Positions 1 to 10,079 of a DNA stretch of 64,000 nt are shown piece by piece. Numbering within the stretch: position 1 is the stretch's first letter; every line of letters begins with the position of its first letter. Made by a program: the position numbers and the translations under genes. Origin of the DNA: Candidatus Poribacteria bacterium (GTDB lineage: Bacteria > Poribacteria > WGA-4E > WGA-3G); NCBI GenBank assembly GCA_965242965.1, contig OZ251518.1, positions 3,648,001 to 3,712,000 of the forward strand, written 5' to 3'. A model generated the notes under the pieces. That model searched no databases, had not been told where the DNA came from, and worked only from the letters and a program-made list of their open reading frames with translations.

Positions 1-237
1 CACGCCGTTTTCCGTGAGCGTTTGCAAGATGAGGTTTCCGAATGCATCGTTGCCAATTTTCCCCATCGCGCCGACAGAGATGCCCAACCGCGCCAGCGCG
101 ATGGCGGTGTTATTTGCACAGCCGCCGCTGTGGATTTCCAGTTCGTCAAAAAGTGCGAGTTTGCCCTTGTCCGGAAACCTGTCTATCGGCCGGCCAAGCA
201 CGTCAACGACAAAAATTCCGAGTGATAGCACATCCAT
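1..237 (-). CDS. PfkB/ribokinase-family carbohydrate kinase, 5' part (runs off window start)
   Basis: Not in ORF track; manual translation from ATG at 237 gives MDVLSLGIFVVDVLGRP...SGGCANNTAIALARLGISVGAMGKIGNDAFG, the PfkB N-terminal signature. Confidence 0.85.
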   Translation of the reverse strand, partial: MDVLSLGIFVVDVLGRPIDRFPDKGKLALFDELEIHSGGCANNTAIALARLGISVGAMGKIGNDAFGNLILQTLTENGV

Positions 238-259
238 TTGTTTTCCTCTGCGATGAACA

Positions 260-612
260 CTGGCGAGGGGAACCCGCTCGCATGCGCGTGTGGCATGCGA
301 GGGCCCTCGCCCTACGGGACTGTGAAACGGTTTGCCTTGAGCATCGAGTGCCCGAGGTTTCTCCTTCCCGAAAACATTGAGACAGGTAGGAGGGACATCC
401 TTGTCCCGATACGCGCAGCAACAAAACGCATCGAGACCAGGAGGTCTCTCCTACTCGAAGCCATTGAGTCAGGTAGGCGGGACATCCTTGTCCCGATAGG
501 CACAGCAACAAAACGCATCGAGTGCCCGAGGTTTCGCCTACCGGGAGGTTGCATCGAGACCAGGAGGTCTCGCCTACCGGGATGCTGGCGAGGGACGAGC
601 CTTCGCCCTACG
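260..612. repeat. Cluster of GTAG-led REP-like hairpins
   Basis: Copies of GCATCGAGACCAGGAGGTCTCTCCTAC, GTAGGAGGGACATCCTTGTCCCG and GGCGAGGG..CCCTCGCCCTACG. Confidence 0.85.
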
Positions 613-2401
613 GGACTGTGGGCCGTTTTGATGCAAACATTATCACTAACGTTTCGTCAGTAACTTGCTGAAAATCTGTCAAGCGAGTTATCGGTTGCGA
701 TGTCCACCCTATTTGCGTAGCGTTTTCTGAATCTAAAAGATATTGTAGCACGCCTTCGCGCTGTAAGGTTTGCGCGAACGTTTTTCGGGTGCCGTTGAGC
801 CCTTCATCGGGTGGCACTTTTTTTAACGTTCTATCAACGGTAACTTGTTCACCATCAAACTGCCACGTTTTATCCCACGAGAAAAATATCTCTTCTACGT
901 ATGTTCTCGGCTGCCACGGTTCCACGACTGCCGAACGCATTTGGAAATGGGGTGCCTGCATTGCGGTTCCTAACGCGTTCCCGGCATTGCGTTCTATCGG
1001 TTCTAACGGACGAATAAAGGATTCTTGCGGCATGCGAAACGATGTTTCTTCACGCGCCGTTGCGCGAAGTGCGACGTAACGCTGCAAATGCGCACGCTGG
1101 CGTTCGGGATAAATGGATAAAATGCCAATCCGGTCTGCGGCGACGCTGTTAGGCAAAACCGTTCTCGCAATGCTGAGCGCGATGAAAGAGACAAGGACAA
1201 GTAACGCGCCGCCTATCCAATAATTGGATGGCGAGGGAGAGGCTCTCGCTATACGGGGACGCGTCGCGCGCCTCTTAAAGATGAAGAGCACCGCGCCGAA
1301 ACTGCACAGATACCCCGGTAACGCAATCGCGAGGAGTTTAATGAGCGGCACCTGTGTCGGCATTTTTTTCAGGAATTGCGCGTCAATTTTCTCCTCGTGG
1401 CGGCGGTGCGGTGCATACCGGTTGGCGAGGTGCCGAGGCGATTTGCCGTGTGTCTCAAGCAACGCGCGCCAGAAGGTTTCACCTGTTCCTTTTACAAACA
1501 AAACATTATAGTCAAAAGCGAGACAGAGCATCTGTCCTTCCCCAAAATGCCGTTTCGCTATGGCGATGTCTTCGTCAGTGCCAAGCACGACGTGGCAGTT
1601 GGCTTTCGGTTTCAAGATGATGCGTTCGTGTTTGCCCGGAGGCATCGCGGCGAGGAGGGCACTCCTACCGATTTGGAATGTTTCAACCGTTTCCACACCG
1701 ATTAACTGGACAGGGAGGAACGGTTCAATGAAACTCCCTCGCAGATAGCGAAAACTGCTGCCACCGGAGACGATGAGTGTGCCGCCGCGCTGCACCCAAT
1801 CTAATAACGCAGTCTGTTGTGCTTTAGTGACGTTTCTTTCGGTGAGTGCAACCTCCCGAATGACGAGGATATCGACAGCATCGTATCCTATCCACTGCGT
1901 GGGTAGCGCGCGTGCATTTGGAAGATACCTGACGTGTGCCTGCGCGTCAGCACCAATCTCTCTTTTATCCAGAAATTGCTTTAACTTATCACCACTCGGT
2001 GCCAACGCTAGCACGAAATAGTCCTTGAGAGCTATCGGTGTCGGCGGTGATATTTCTGTTAGCGCGCGGGAGGCAGTGGCTTGCCCGCGTGGGATAGGGA
2101 CAGCCAGAATTACCAATTTTGTAGCGATTTTTGGGCAGTAGACATAGAACCTTCTTGATTGCCGTTCGGTTGCGCCGAGTTTCAGCGGGGTGGCATACCG
2201 CTGGATGCGCGCGTCGGAAAAAAAGTTGCGCACCTCAATTACCAATTCGCCGATAAAAGGTTCGTTCTGGCTCCGGACGGTGATGTCTACTGGGGCCCAC
2301 GTCCCTGTTTTGTAACCGTCGTTGAATCCGAACGTGACATTTTCGACATCTACAGTCCCGAAGGCGAGTGCGGATGCCTGGATGAGAACGAATAGGCTCA
2401 T
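608..2401 (-). CDS. Membrane-anchored hypothetical protein with class I glutamine amidotransferase-like domain
   Basis: Signal peptide, GYKTGTWAPV N-domain, YDAVDILVI...LLDWVQRGGTLIVSGG, two TM helices; start taken at ATG 2401 overlapping the upstream TGA (track ORF starts 2431). Confidence 0.7.
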   Translation of the reverse strand: MSLFVLIQASALAFGTVDVENVTFGFNDGYKTGTWAPVDITVRSQNEPFIGELVIEVRNFFSDARIQRYATPLKLGATERQSRRFYVYCPKIATKLVILAVPIPRGQATASRALTEISPPTPIALKDYFVLALAPSGDKLKQFLDKREIGADAQAHVRYLPNARALPTQWIGYDAVDILVIREVALTERNVTKAQQTALLDWVQRGGTLIVSGGSSFRYLRGSFIEPFLPVQLIGVETVETFQIGRSALLAAMPPGKHERIILKPKANCHVVLGTDEDIAIAKRHFGEGQMLCLAFDYNVLFVKGTGETFWRALLETHGKSPRHLANRYAPHRRHEEKIDAQFLKKMPTQVPLIKLLAIALPGYLCSFGAVLFIFKRRATRPRIARASPSPSNYWIGGALLVLVSFIALSIARTVLPNSVAADRIGILSIYPERQRAHLQRYVALRATAREETSFRMPQESFIRPLEPIERNAGNALGTAMQAPHFQMRSAVVEPWQPRTYVEEIFFSWDKTWQFDGEQVTVDRTLKKVPPDEGLNGTRKTFAQTLQREGVLQYLLDSENATQIGWTSQPITRLTDFQQVTDETLVIMFASKRPTVP

Positions 2402-3282
2402 CAAAAAATAAGCCGTGCGGGATTGATACATAACTGCGTCTCCACTGCGCCGTCAAAGGCGTGCGTGCTAAAAACGCCGTTGCCTAACATAATCATCGAT
2501 GCGATGCCGCCGGCGGCTTCAATCTGCGCGATAGTCTTGATGACGCGCGCATCGCTGAGCAGGCCGCTCTGCACGGAGAACTGCTTGGATACCTCAAAAC
2601 AGGCGGTGAGGAGTTCGGGACTTGTTTCGGCGCGAGTGTGCGTTCTCAGGACAGCCAATGCCGCGTCGGCAGCTTGATTGATGCGCGTTACCTGTTCAGG
2701 ATTGCCTAGCACCTCGCTCGTCTGAATTGGGCCGAAGTAGCGATAAAAGATAGGCTGCTCGGAGATGGGCAATCTCTCGGCGACGAGCGGCGCGCCTTCC
2801 TGCAATTTGACGAGAAAACCGCCGTGATACTGCGAGCAGACATCCCCCAACCCGGTGCGATTCTCCACTTCTGCCACGTGCGCTATCATCGCGAGTTCCT
2901 CGGAAGTTTTGTCGAGTCCGAGTTGTTCGTTGAGCGTATACGCCGTTGCGAGTGCCGCTGCACCGCTTAACCCGAAGCCGCACCCTAACGGCAGCGGTGA
3001 GTGAATGGAGACTTTGACTCGCGCGTGCCAGTTCTTCGCTCTACTGTCCGCGTGTCCATCCGTGGCCCCCGCGAGTTTATCCACAACGGCTTGCACTGTC
3101 GGAAAATCGATTGCCTTGCCATTAAAGCAGAGTTCTGTCACATGATGCGCGGAGACGTTGACAGTGACACCTTCTTTCACGGTAAACCCCATGCCGAGGG
3201 AGTGCATCCGGGTTGCATCGGCGTGTGGAATAATTTTGAAGATACAAGAAATGTTGCCGGGGGCAAATGCGTTTTTTGTCAT
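2401..3282 (-). CDS. Pantoate kinase-like GHMP kinase (archaeal type)
   Basis: AFAPGNISCIF..HSLGMGF, PLGCGFGLSGAAAL, AHVAEVENRTGLGDV and ASMIMLGNGVF match the archaeal pantoate kinase pattern. Confidence 0.8.
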   Translation of the reverse strand: MTKNAFAPGNISCIFKIIPHADATRMHSLGMGFTVKEGVTVNVSAHHVTELCFNGKAIDFPTVQAVVDKLAGATDGHADSRAKNWHARVKVSIHSPLPLGCGFGLSGAAALATAYTLNEQLGLDKTSEELAMIAHVAEVENRTGLGDVCSQYHGGFLVKLQEGAPLVAERLPISEQPIFYRYFGPIQTSEVLGNPEQVTRINQAADAALAVLRTHTRAETSPELLTACFEVSKQFSVQSGLLSDARVIKTIAQIEAAGGIASMIMLGNGVFSTHAFDGAVETQLCINPARLIF

Positions 3283-3304
3283 TATGGTTTCGTGAGACCT
3301 TGAA

Positions 3305-3650
3305 CGATTCCGTTTCCTCGGTAGGAGAGACCTCCTGGTCTCGCTGCGAGCGATGTTCGCGGTAGGAGAGACCTCCCGGTCTCGATTTCTTCCTCCCGGT
3401 CTTGATGTGGTGCGTATCGGGACAGGGATGTCCCTCCTACCGGGAAAACATCAAGATGCCCATTGTCATTTGCAAGTGCCTGAGCACAAAGCTTCAGGCG
3501 CACCTGAGTCCTGTAGTTCGGGTGCGCCTGCACCCGATCGGGTTAGGCAGCATCGAGACCAGGAGGTCTCTCCTACTGCACACTCCGGCCGTCAAAGCCG
3601 AAGTCGTTGGCAATTTTTAGGCGAGGGACAGGCCCTCGCCCTACGCGGCA
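3305..3650. repeat. REP-like hairpin cluster
   Basis: Multiple GTAGGAGAGACCTCC(T/C)GGTCTCG copies and GGCGAGGGACAGGCCCTCGCCCTACG. Confidence 0.85.
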
Positions 3651-3656
3651 TTTGGG

Positions 3657-5060
3657 CTATACATTCCGCCGGGGCGGCGCGTATCTTGGATGGAAAGCCC
3701 CTTCACCGCATTGTCCATCTTCAATCTTCTCTGCCTGCCCGCCGCCGGTGACAGAACATCTAGCACCGTCTAATTCGGGAAGGACATACCGATTGAACCA
3801 CGCGCCCATCTCTTGGCGCATGTGGGTGATGCGTGCCTGCTGCGACTTCTCATCGATGAGGTTTTTACGTTCACCCGGGTCTTTCGCCAAATCGTAAAGT
3901 TCGTGTGGGCCGTAAGGGTAGCGGTGAACATATTTCCACTCCCGCGTCCGAATCATGCGGACAGGGCCGTATTCGTCAAAGATGACGATTTCGTCTTTCG
4001 CGTCGTTTGTTTCACCGGTAAGCGCGGGGACGAAACTGCTGCCAGGGCTCATATCGTCATCTGGGGTTGGGAGGCCGAGGTAGTCCAGCAGCGTCGGCAT
4101 GAAATCGTATTGGCTTACCATCGCCTCGCTGGTGCGTCCTTCGGGGATACGCCCTGGCTGGCTGACGATGAACGGCACTTTCACCGAGTTTTCATACATA
4201 TTCAGCGGGAAGGTGCCATTGCCTTTGTGCCAAAAGCCGTGATGCCCGCACGAGTAGCCGTTGTCGCTGCTGAAAACGATGAGCGTGTTCTCGCGGATGC
4301 CGAGCTGCGCGAGCCGTTCTAATATTCTGCCGACGTTTAAATCGAGTGCCGTTATCGCCGCAAAATAGCCTTTCAGCGATTCGCGATTGCCCATGTGGGC
4401 AGCGGCACCCTGCACCGCCCACGGATGCAACGCCTCCTGTGGACACGTCTTGAACGCGCAGTCGTCGTAGGAATCAACGATGTCCTGCGGATGTCCGGTA
4501 AACGGCGTATGCGGCGCGTTGTAGTTGACGCTCAGATAGAAGGGCCCTTCTTTGTTCTCGGATATGAAATCCAGCGCGTCATCGGTGATAACATCGGTGA
4601 GGTAGCCGGGTTGCATCTCTACCTGTCCATCACGAATCATGTCCGCGTCGTTGTATTTGCTGCCGCCGGTTAGCAAGGCAAACCAGTGACTGAAGCCGTG
4701 CTGCGGTGTCAAACTATCGCCGAGGTGCCACTTGCCGCTGAGCCCCACAGTGTAGTTATTGTCGGCGAGGACATCGGTGTAACAGGTGAGGCCGTCTAAA
4801 TACCGCGCAGGATTCGGCGGCATGTTGCCATCGCGAATCCAGTCATGCACGCCGTGTGCTGATGGAATGCGGCCTGTCATGAGACTGGCGCGTGCAGGGG
4901 AGCAGACCGGGCTCGTGCAGAAGAAATTCGGGAAGCGTGTGCCTTCTGAAGCGAGCCTATCAAGGTAGGGGGTGCGCACTTCATCGTTGCCGCAACAGCC
5001 GGCTGCCCACGGGCCCTGGTCATCGGTGAGAATGAAAATGACGTTAGGTTGGGTTTGCAT
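3657..5060 (-). CDS. Sulfatase (formylglycine-dependent, arylsulfatase/choline-sulfatase-like)
   Basis: PNVIFILTDDQ, CSPARASLMTG, GKWHLG, SSDNG motifs. Confidence 0.93.
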   Translation of the reverse strand: MQTQPNVIFILTDDQGPWAAGCCGNDEVRTPYLDRLASEGTRFPNFFCTSPVCSPARASLMTGRIPSAHGVHDWIRDGNMPPNPARYLDGLTCYTDVLADNNYTVGLSGKWHLGDSLTPQHGFSHWFALLTGGSKYNDADMIRDGQVEMQPGYLTDVITDDALDFISENKEGPFYLSVNYNAPHTPFTGHPQDIVDSYDDCAFKTCPQEALHPWAVQGAAAHMGNRESLKGYFAAITALDLNVGRILERLAQLGIRENTLIVFSSDNGYSCGHHGFWHKGNGTFPLNMYENSVKVPFIVSQPGRIPEGRTSEAMVSQYDFMPTLLDYLGLPTPDDDMSPGSSFVPALTGETNDAKDEIVIFDEYGPVRMIRTREWKYVHRYPYGPHELYDLAKDPGERKNLIDEKSQQARITHMRQEMGAWFNRYVLPELDGARCSVTGGGQAEKIEDGQCGEGAFHPRYAPPRRNV

Positions 5061-5094
5061 AGTGAAATCCTCTCTTCATGTACTGGGGCCGTGG

Positions 5095-5813
5095 CGGCAG
5101 AAAGCCCCTTTCATCGTAGGGCGAGGGCCCTCGCCTGCCACACGCGCATGCGAGCGGGTTCCCCTCGCCATCATTCTACGAAAAAAACGCCCCTTTCATC
5201 GTAGGGCGAGGGCCTGTCCCTCGCCATCGTTCGCGCGATTCAACGCTCGCGGGTGACAGGCCCCCGCGCTACGATAAAAAAACGCCACCCCTCACCGTAG
5301 GGCGAGGGCCTGTCCCTCGCCATCATTCGCGCGATTCAACGCTCGCGGGTGACAGGCCCCCGCGCTACGATAAAAAAACGCCCCTTTCATCGTAGGGCGA
5401 GGGCCTGTCCCTCGCCATCGTTCGCACTACGGAAAATACGTCTCTTGTTCTCTTCAGGTCCATAGAACCTAAAAACATAACTTGCCGATGGCGATCGCGG
5501 GGGAAACCCTCTCGGATGCGCGTGTGGCATCCGAGGGCCCCGCGCTACGATAAAAAAAACGGTTCTTGAGCCATCGCGGGGGAAACCCTCTCGGATGCGC
5601 GTGTGGCATCCGAGCCCCCCCGCGCTACGGGAACATCGAGACCCGAGGTCTCTCCTACCGGAAGGTCTCGGGCCCACCTCTGTAGTTCGGGATCGCCTGA
5701 TCCCGAACGGGTCAGGATCAGGCGATCCTGACCTACAGAGCTAACGCGGTCTGACAGGAAAACGCATGGCGAGGGAAACCCGCGACATTGAACCATTTAT
5801 GAACCACCCTCAA
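5095..5813. repeat. REP-like cluster ending in the shared terminal repeat
   Basis: Tandem CGTAGGGCGAGGGCCTGTCCCTCGCC / CCCCCGCGCTACG units; TTATGAACCACCCTCAA at 5797-5813. Confidence 0.85.
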
Positions 5814-5838
5814 TTAAGTCCTATTGAGATTATAGCAC

Positions 5839-6699
5839 TTACGCCACTGGAAATCCATCGCCGACGAGCGGTTCGCCATCTGCCACCTCAATAAGGGGGA
5901 CGAGGACGTGTCCTGGGGATTGCGCTTGGTTATAACAGACACCTTGCGCCATGAAAATCATCACGAACGCGCGCCGTTGCCGTTCAGTAACATTCGGCGG
6001 GGTGCCGTGGAAATTCAAGCAGTGGTGGAACATGCACTCGCCTGCCTTCAATTCCACCGGAATGCCGTGACTGATGTCCATTTTCTGTCGTTCTGCCCAC
6101 TGATTCGGTGGTGGTTCGCGGCCTTCTTCTCGCGCTTTAGCGGCGGCCGCGTTTGCCTCAGTTCTCGCGGCGATGGAGAACCGTTCATCTTTATGGCTTT
6201 TCGGCATGACATGCATGCAGCCGCTGTCCACTGTTGCATCGTCTAGCGCGAGCCAGCAGCTGACGATGTTCGGTGGGCTGAGGGGCCAGAAGAAGAAATC
6301 GTGGTGGAAGCCGAAATGCCCGTTATCGTGTGGCGGCTTGGAAATCACCTGGTCATGCCATAAACGCACTGTCGGCGTATCCAAGAGAGCCCGCGCTGTC
6401 CCGGCGATAAGCGGATGGTGGATGGCGCGTTCATAGAAGACATCGCGCTTCCACATATTAATGTATTGGTGAATGGCGCGCGGATGGCCGGCACCGCGCT
6501 TGAGCCGATGCTCACCCCGGTCGTGTCCATATTTGAATTCAGGGGATGCATCAGATGCATCGTCACCTTCGCTGAGTTCCAGTTCAATGACGGCATCCAA
6601 TCCGGCGCGCATTGCTTCCACTTCAGTGCTGTCTAAAACATTGCCGAATTTGAGATAGCCGTTTTCCTGAAAGAAATCGAGCTGTTGTTGGGTTACCAT
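5839..6699 (-). CDS. Phytanoyl-CoA dioxygenase (PhyH) family 2OG-Fe(II) oxygenase
   Basis: FFQENGYL start, FHHD (HxD), WLALDDATVDSGCMHVMPKSH, FHGTPPN..RRA. Confidence 0.92.
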   Translation of the reverse strand: MVTQQQLDFFQENGYLKFGNVLDSTEVEAMRAGLDAVIELELSEGDDASDASPEFKYGHDRGEHRLKRGAGHPRAIHQYINMWKRDVFYERAIHHPLIAGTARALLDTPTVRLWHDQVISKPPHDNGHFGFHHDFFFWPLSPPNIVSCWLALDDATVDSGCMHVMPKSHKDERFSIAARTEANAAAAKAREEGREPPPNQWAERQKMDISHGIPVELKAGECMFHHCLNFHGTPPNVTERQRRAFVMIFMAQGVCYNQAQSPGHVLVPLIEVADGEPLVGDGFPVA

Positions 6700-6736
6700 G
6701 TCTTCTTAAACCTCATTCTGTAGGAACAACAAAAAC

Positions 6737-7495
6737 CTAGATGGGAAATTGATGGTTTCCGGCTGTTAATCCGCCGTCAATAACGAGAACGGTGCCGGTG
6801 GCGAAATTGGCTTCATCGGAGGCGAGGAAAAGCGCGGCGTTGGCGATGTCTCTCGGTTGCCCGAGGCGTCCGAGGGGATACCACTGCGTGATGTCCTCCA
6901 AAATCTTCGGGTTGCGTTCAAGCATCGGTTCCCACACCTCGGTCTGGATGGTGCCGGGGCAGATGCAATTAACGCGGATGTTATCCTTGCCGTGTGCGAT
7001 GGCCATGGAGCGGGTTAACGCAATCACGCCGCCTTTCGCGGCGGAATAGGCGTGAATCCCTTGCAATCCGATGAGCCCGTTAACAGAAGCGATATTGACG
7101 ATGCTCCCGCCGCCGACTTTTTGCATGGCGGGAATGACTGCTTCAGTGCAATGGCTCGTGCCTCGGAGCGCGACGGCTAGGTTTGCCTCCCAGTTATTGT
7201 TTAAAACGTCCGCCGTTGAACAGATGGCGTTGTTTACCAATATGTCAACTTTTCCGTAGGCCGCAAGTGTCGCCGCAATGAGGCGTTTCGCCGCGTCTGC
7301 ATTGGCGACATCGGCATTGATGAACGTTGCCGAGCCGCCTGCCTCCGTGATGGCGGCAACTGTCGCTGTTCCGAGCGTGTCGTTTACATCGTCAACGATG
7401 ACAGTTGCGCCTTCTTGTGCGAAGCGGATGGCGATGGCTTTGCCGATGCCGCGTCCGGCTCCTGTGACGATGGCTGTTTTGTTTTTGAGACGCAT
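6737..7495 (-). CDS. SDR-family NAD(P)-dependent oxidoreductase
   Basis: TGAGRGIG, NNA, YSAAKGG (YxxxK), IRVNCICPG; start chosen at MRLKNK. Confidence 0.93.
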   Translation of the reverse strand: MRLKNKTAIVTGAGRGIGKAIAIRFAQEGATVIVDDVNDTLGTATVAAITEAGGSATFINADVANADAAKRLIAATLAAYGKVDILVNNAICSTADVLNNNWEANLAVALRGTSHCTEAVIPAMQKVGGGSIVNIASVNGLIGLQGIHAYSAAKGGVIALTRSMAIAHGKDNIRVNCICPGTIQTEVWEPMLERNPKILEDITQWYPLGRLGQPRDIANAALFLASDEANFATGTVLVIDGGLTAGNHQFPI

Positions 7496-7517
7496 GAGGG
7501 TTTTGTCTCCGATTGTT

Positions 7518-8654
7518 TTACTGTGGTGCCAGGAGCGCGGCGATATCTTCGGGCAATTCAAGACTTTCGTCTAACTCTATTGCTTTGCGAAAGTCTGCGA
7601 TGGCTTTGTCCACCTCGTTTTTGAATAGGTAAATCTTGCCGCGGTTATAGTAGGCGAGCGCAAAATCTGGTGCGAGTTTTATCGCCGTGTCATAGTCTTG
7701 AAGAGCATTGTCAACGTCGCCTTCGTCAAAATAAGTGGTCCCGCGATTGTTATAAGGCACCGCATCCTCTGCATCCGATTCTATCGCGGTGTTGTAGTCT
7801 TGAATAGCCCTGTCAATGTCGTCCATGTCGCGATAGGCACAGCCACGGTTATTATAGGCTTCTGGCAGATCTGGTTTCATTTCCAGAGCTTGTGTATAAG
7901 ACGCAACCGCTTTTTCATACGCCGCCTGTTTTTCCGCATGAGCGTCTGACTCTTCACCTTTCAATTGATAGGTAAGTCCGCGATGAAACGCCGTATACGC
8001 GCTCTCATGGATGCTCTGATTTCGGATAAAGCCGTAGAGATCGTTGTAAATCGTCTCCGTTGAGAGTCCATGGTATTTTCGGAGATATGTCAACACCGGT
8101 TGTTTGAGGGCGGCCGGAATTGTGATGATAGTGACATCTCCGGCGGAAAGAAAACCCTGGGGGTGCCGGACAAACACACTCTTCTGCGCGATAACGCGAT
8201 GCCGGGGATTCCGCGGCCGGTGAATCATATCTTGGAGTTCCTCAGTTTTCCGCAAGAGAATCACCCGCCCATCTTTTCCTGATGAACCTGAACCGTCGCA
8301 GGCGAAAAAGAGGGCGACGAGAAAGTCTGTCGTAAAGTCAATGAGGTTTGTTTTCCCACCGTGATGTTGGAGACGCGTTAGGATTTCAACGGTATCGTCT
8401 GTTTCATGGTGATACGGCGCAGCATCCGCTAGAATCTCTTCTTGGACAAATTCTATATCAAATGCCTCTGTTTCAATACCGGCGTATTGACGATAAAGGT
8501 TTGAAGAGATTTTGCCAAAAAAGGGTGATTCGCTATAGTGTTCCGGTTCACCGCGGTAGAGATAATCCGCGTTTGCGGCGCAGTCTTCGATTTCGCGGAG
8601 GATATCCCTGACGTTGCGTAAGGTGTCCCCCGAGATATGATGTTGATTGCGCAT
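7518..8654 (-). CDS. FRG-domain protein with C-terminal TPR repeats
   Basis: YLYRGE, LQHHGGKTNLIDFT..LVALFFAC, RVIAQKSVF; about 4 TPRs (AYNNRG). Confidence 0.85.
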   Translation of the reverse strand: MRNQHHISGDTLRNVRDILREIEDCAANADYLYRGEPEHYSESPFFGKISSNLYRQYAGIETEAFDIEFVQEEILADAAPYHHETDDTVEILTRLQHHGGKTNLIDFTTDFLVALFFACDGSGSSGKDGRVILLRKTEELQDMIHRPRNPRHRVIAQKSVFVRHPQGFLSAGDVTIITIPAALKQPVLTYLRKYHGLSTETIYNDLYGFIRNQSIHESAYTAFHRGLTYQLKGEESDAHAEKQAAYEKAVASYTQALEMKPDLPEAYNNRGCAYRDMDDIDRAIQDYNTAIESDAEDAVPYNNRGTTYFDEGDVDNALQDYDTAIKLAPDFALAYYNRGKIYLFKNEVDKAIADFRKAIELDESLELPEDIAALLAPQ

Positions 8655-8746
8655 GTTTATTGTCCTCTGGCAGGCTAAGGTTCCCGGGACTTACGGTTAA
8701 GCCCCGAGAACCTTCCTACCACTTTTCAGGTCCACAGCGAAGTTGC

Positions 8747-8875
8747 CTATTTAGCTTTTCGCTTAATTTCAACGATTACGGTGCCTTTGCGGCGTTGCTC
8801 GCCCTTGGCCGGGATGAATCTGCCCGTTTTCGGATCGCGGACGAGCTGAATCATCGTCGCTCTTTTGCGTGCCAT
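8747..8875 (-). CDS. Small basic protein, 42 aa
   Basis: Below ORF-track cutoff; AAGGAGGTGA Shine-Dalgarno then MARKRATMIQLVRDPKTGRFIPAKGEQRRKGTVIVEIKRKAK*. Confidence 0.7.
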   Translation of the reverse strand: MARKRATMIQLVRDPKTGRFIPAKGEQRRKGTVIVEIKRKAK

Positions 8876-8925
8876 TTTGATTCACCTCCTTTTTACGTGA
8901 ACGAACTGAAGATGCTTGTCACAAC

Positions 8926-8954
8926 ATAATAACATATCCAATGAAAAATGTCAA
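8926..8954 (-). promoter_or_regulatory. Sigma70-type promoter
   Basis: TTGACA-17 nt-TATTAT upstream of the small protein and FRG-TPR genes. Confidence 0.65.
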
Positions 8955-9054
8955 CCGAATTTTGAACCATTTGACGCGGGTTGAATTAACGTGAACGGTG
9001 GACTGTAGGATTCACTTCTCTGGTGAAGACAACTGTGAAACCCTCGCCCACAGA

Positions 9055-9256
9055 AAATTGAGACCGGGAGGTCTCTCCTAACGAGGCACATCAAGAGCGA
9101 GGAGGTCTCTCCTACGGGGATGCATTGAGAACGAGGAGGGCTCTCCTACCGAACGCATCGAGACCGGGAGGTCTCTCCTACCGGCGATTCCCCATTTTTT
9201 TACCGTAGCGCGGAATTCTGTCACCGCGACGTTGAGCGATTTATGAAACCCCCTCA
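9055..9256. repeat. REP-like cluster
   Basis: Four GAGACCGGGAGGTCTCTCCTA-like copies; terminal TTATGAAACCCCCTCA at 9241. Confidence 0.8.
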
Positions 9257-9333
9257 GAATAATGTGGTTTTCTACGAATTGGACTTATTCTTGTAGCGTT
9301 CGGGCAACTTGTCCATCGCGATTTTTCACTGCA

Positions 9334-9375
9334 AACAAAAAACGTCCGAGGCCCGAAGGCCAAGGACGTTTTGTT
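9334..9375. terminator. Probable intrinsic terminator hairpin downstream of the Fic/Doc gene
   Basis: AACAAAAAACGTCC...GGACGTTTTGTT inverted repeat with A/T tails. Confidence 0.55.
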
Positions 9376-9419
9376 ATCCATCATGGATTCTCTGATGCTC
9401 AAAGAAGGCATCAATGTTT

Positions 9420-9815
9420 TCATGCACGAAACGGGACAGCGCGGCAGGCATTCTTCACCCACTGAACAAATTCCTCTCGCGAGAGGTGTCCAGCGGCGAG
9501 TGCCAATATCGTTCGTTCCGCATCATCAACGGAAGCGTTGAATTCCCAACCGTTGATATTTAAGAAGGTTTCCATTGCGGCGAACCCAATTCGTTTATTG
9601 CCATCCACAAAAGGATGGTTCCTAACGAGAGAAAAGCAGAGTGCTGCAGCTTTTTCCGGAATCGTCGGATAGAGTTCCACTCCACCGAATGTCATGCGCG
9701 GTTGAGCCAGCGCAGATTCAAGGGCCCCTAAATCCCGAAGTCCTGCGCTTCCACCCGATTGCTCAAGCGCGTGTTCATGTAATCTGAAAAGTTCAGGCAG
9801 CGATGGGTAACGCAT
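9420..9815 (-). CDS. Fic/Doc family toxin
   Basis: HPFVDGNKRIG Fic motif; GLRDLGALESALAQP. Confidence 0.93.
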   Translation of the reverse strand: MRYPSLPELFRLHEHALEQSGGSAGLRDLGALESALAQPRMTFGGVELYPTIPEKAAALCFSLVRNHPFVDGNKRIGFAAMETFLNINGWEFNASVDDAERTILALAAGHLSREEFVQWVKNACRAVPFRA

Positions 9816-10009
9816 CAGCTGAGACGCGTGAAGAGTTCTTCGTTTTTCCGAAAAACATGTCGGGCGACACGACGGAAATCTTCATCGGGATCCGAGATAA
9901 GATCGTTAATCGCAGCGCGCACCAATTCTTGTGGCTGAACCGATAAACGCTTTGCCACTTTGCCTAATTGTTTGGCCTGGTCTTTGCTCAACGTAATTGT
10001 CATTTCCAT
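9815..10009 (-). CDS. Antitoxin partner of Doc (RHH-like, 64 aa)
   Basis: MEMTITLSK...KNEELFTRLS tail typical of Doc partners; TGATG overlap with the toxin. Confidence 0.75.
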   Translation of the reverse strand: MEMTITLSKDQAKQLGKVAKRLSVQPQELVRAAINDLISDPDEDFRRVARHVFRKNEELFTRLS

Positions 10010-10079
10010 AGTAGTATTCTCCTCTGTTATGTTGTAACTAATTATACCACATTGCACGCCGAAATTCAAATCTTTTTTG

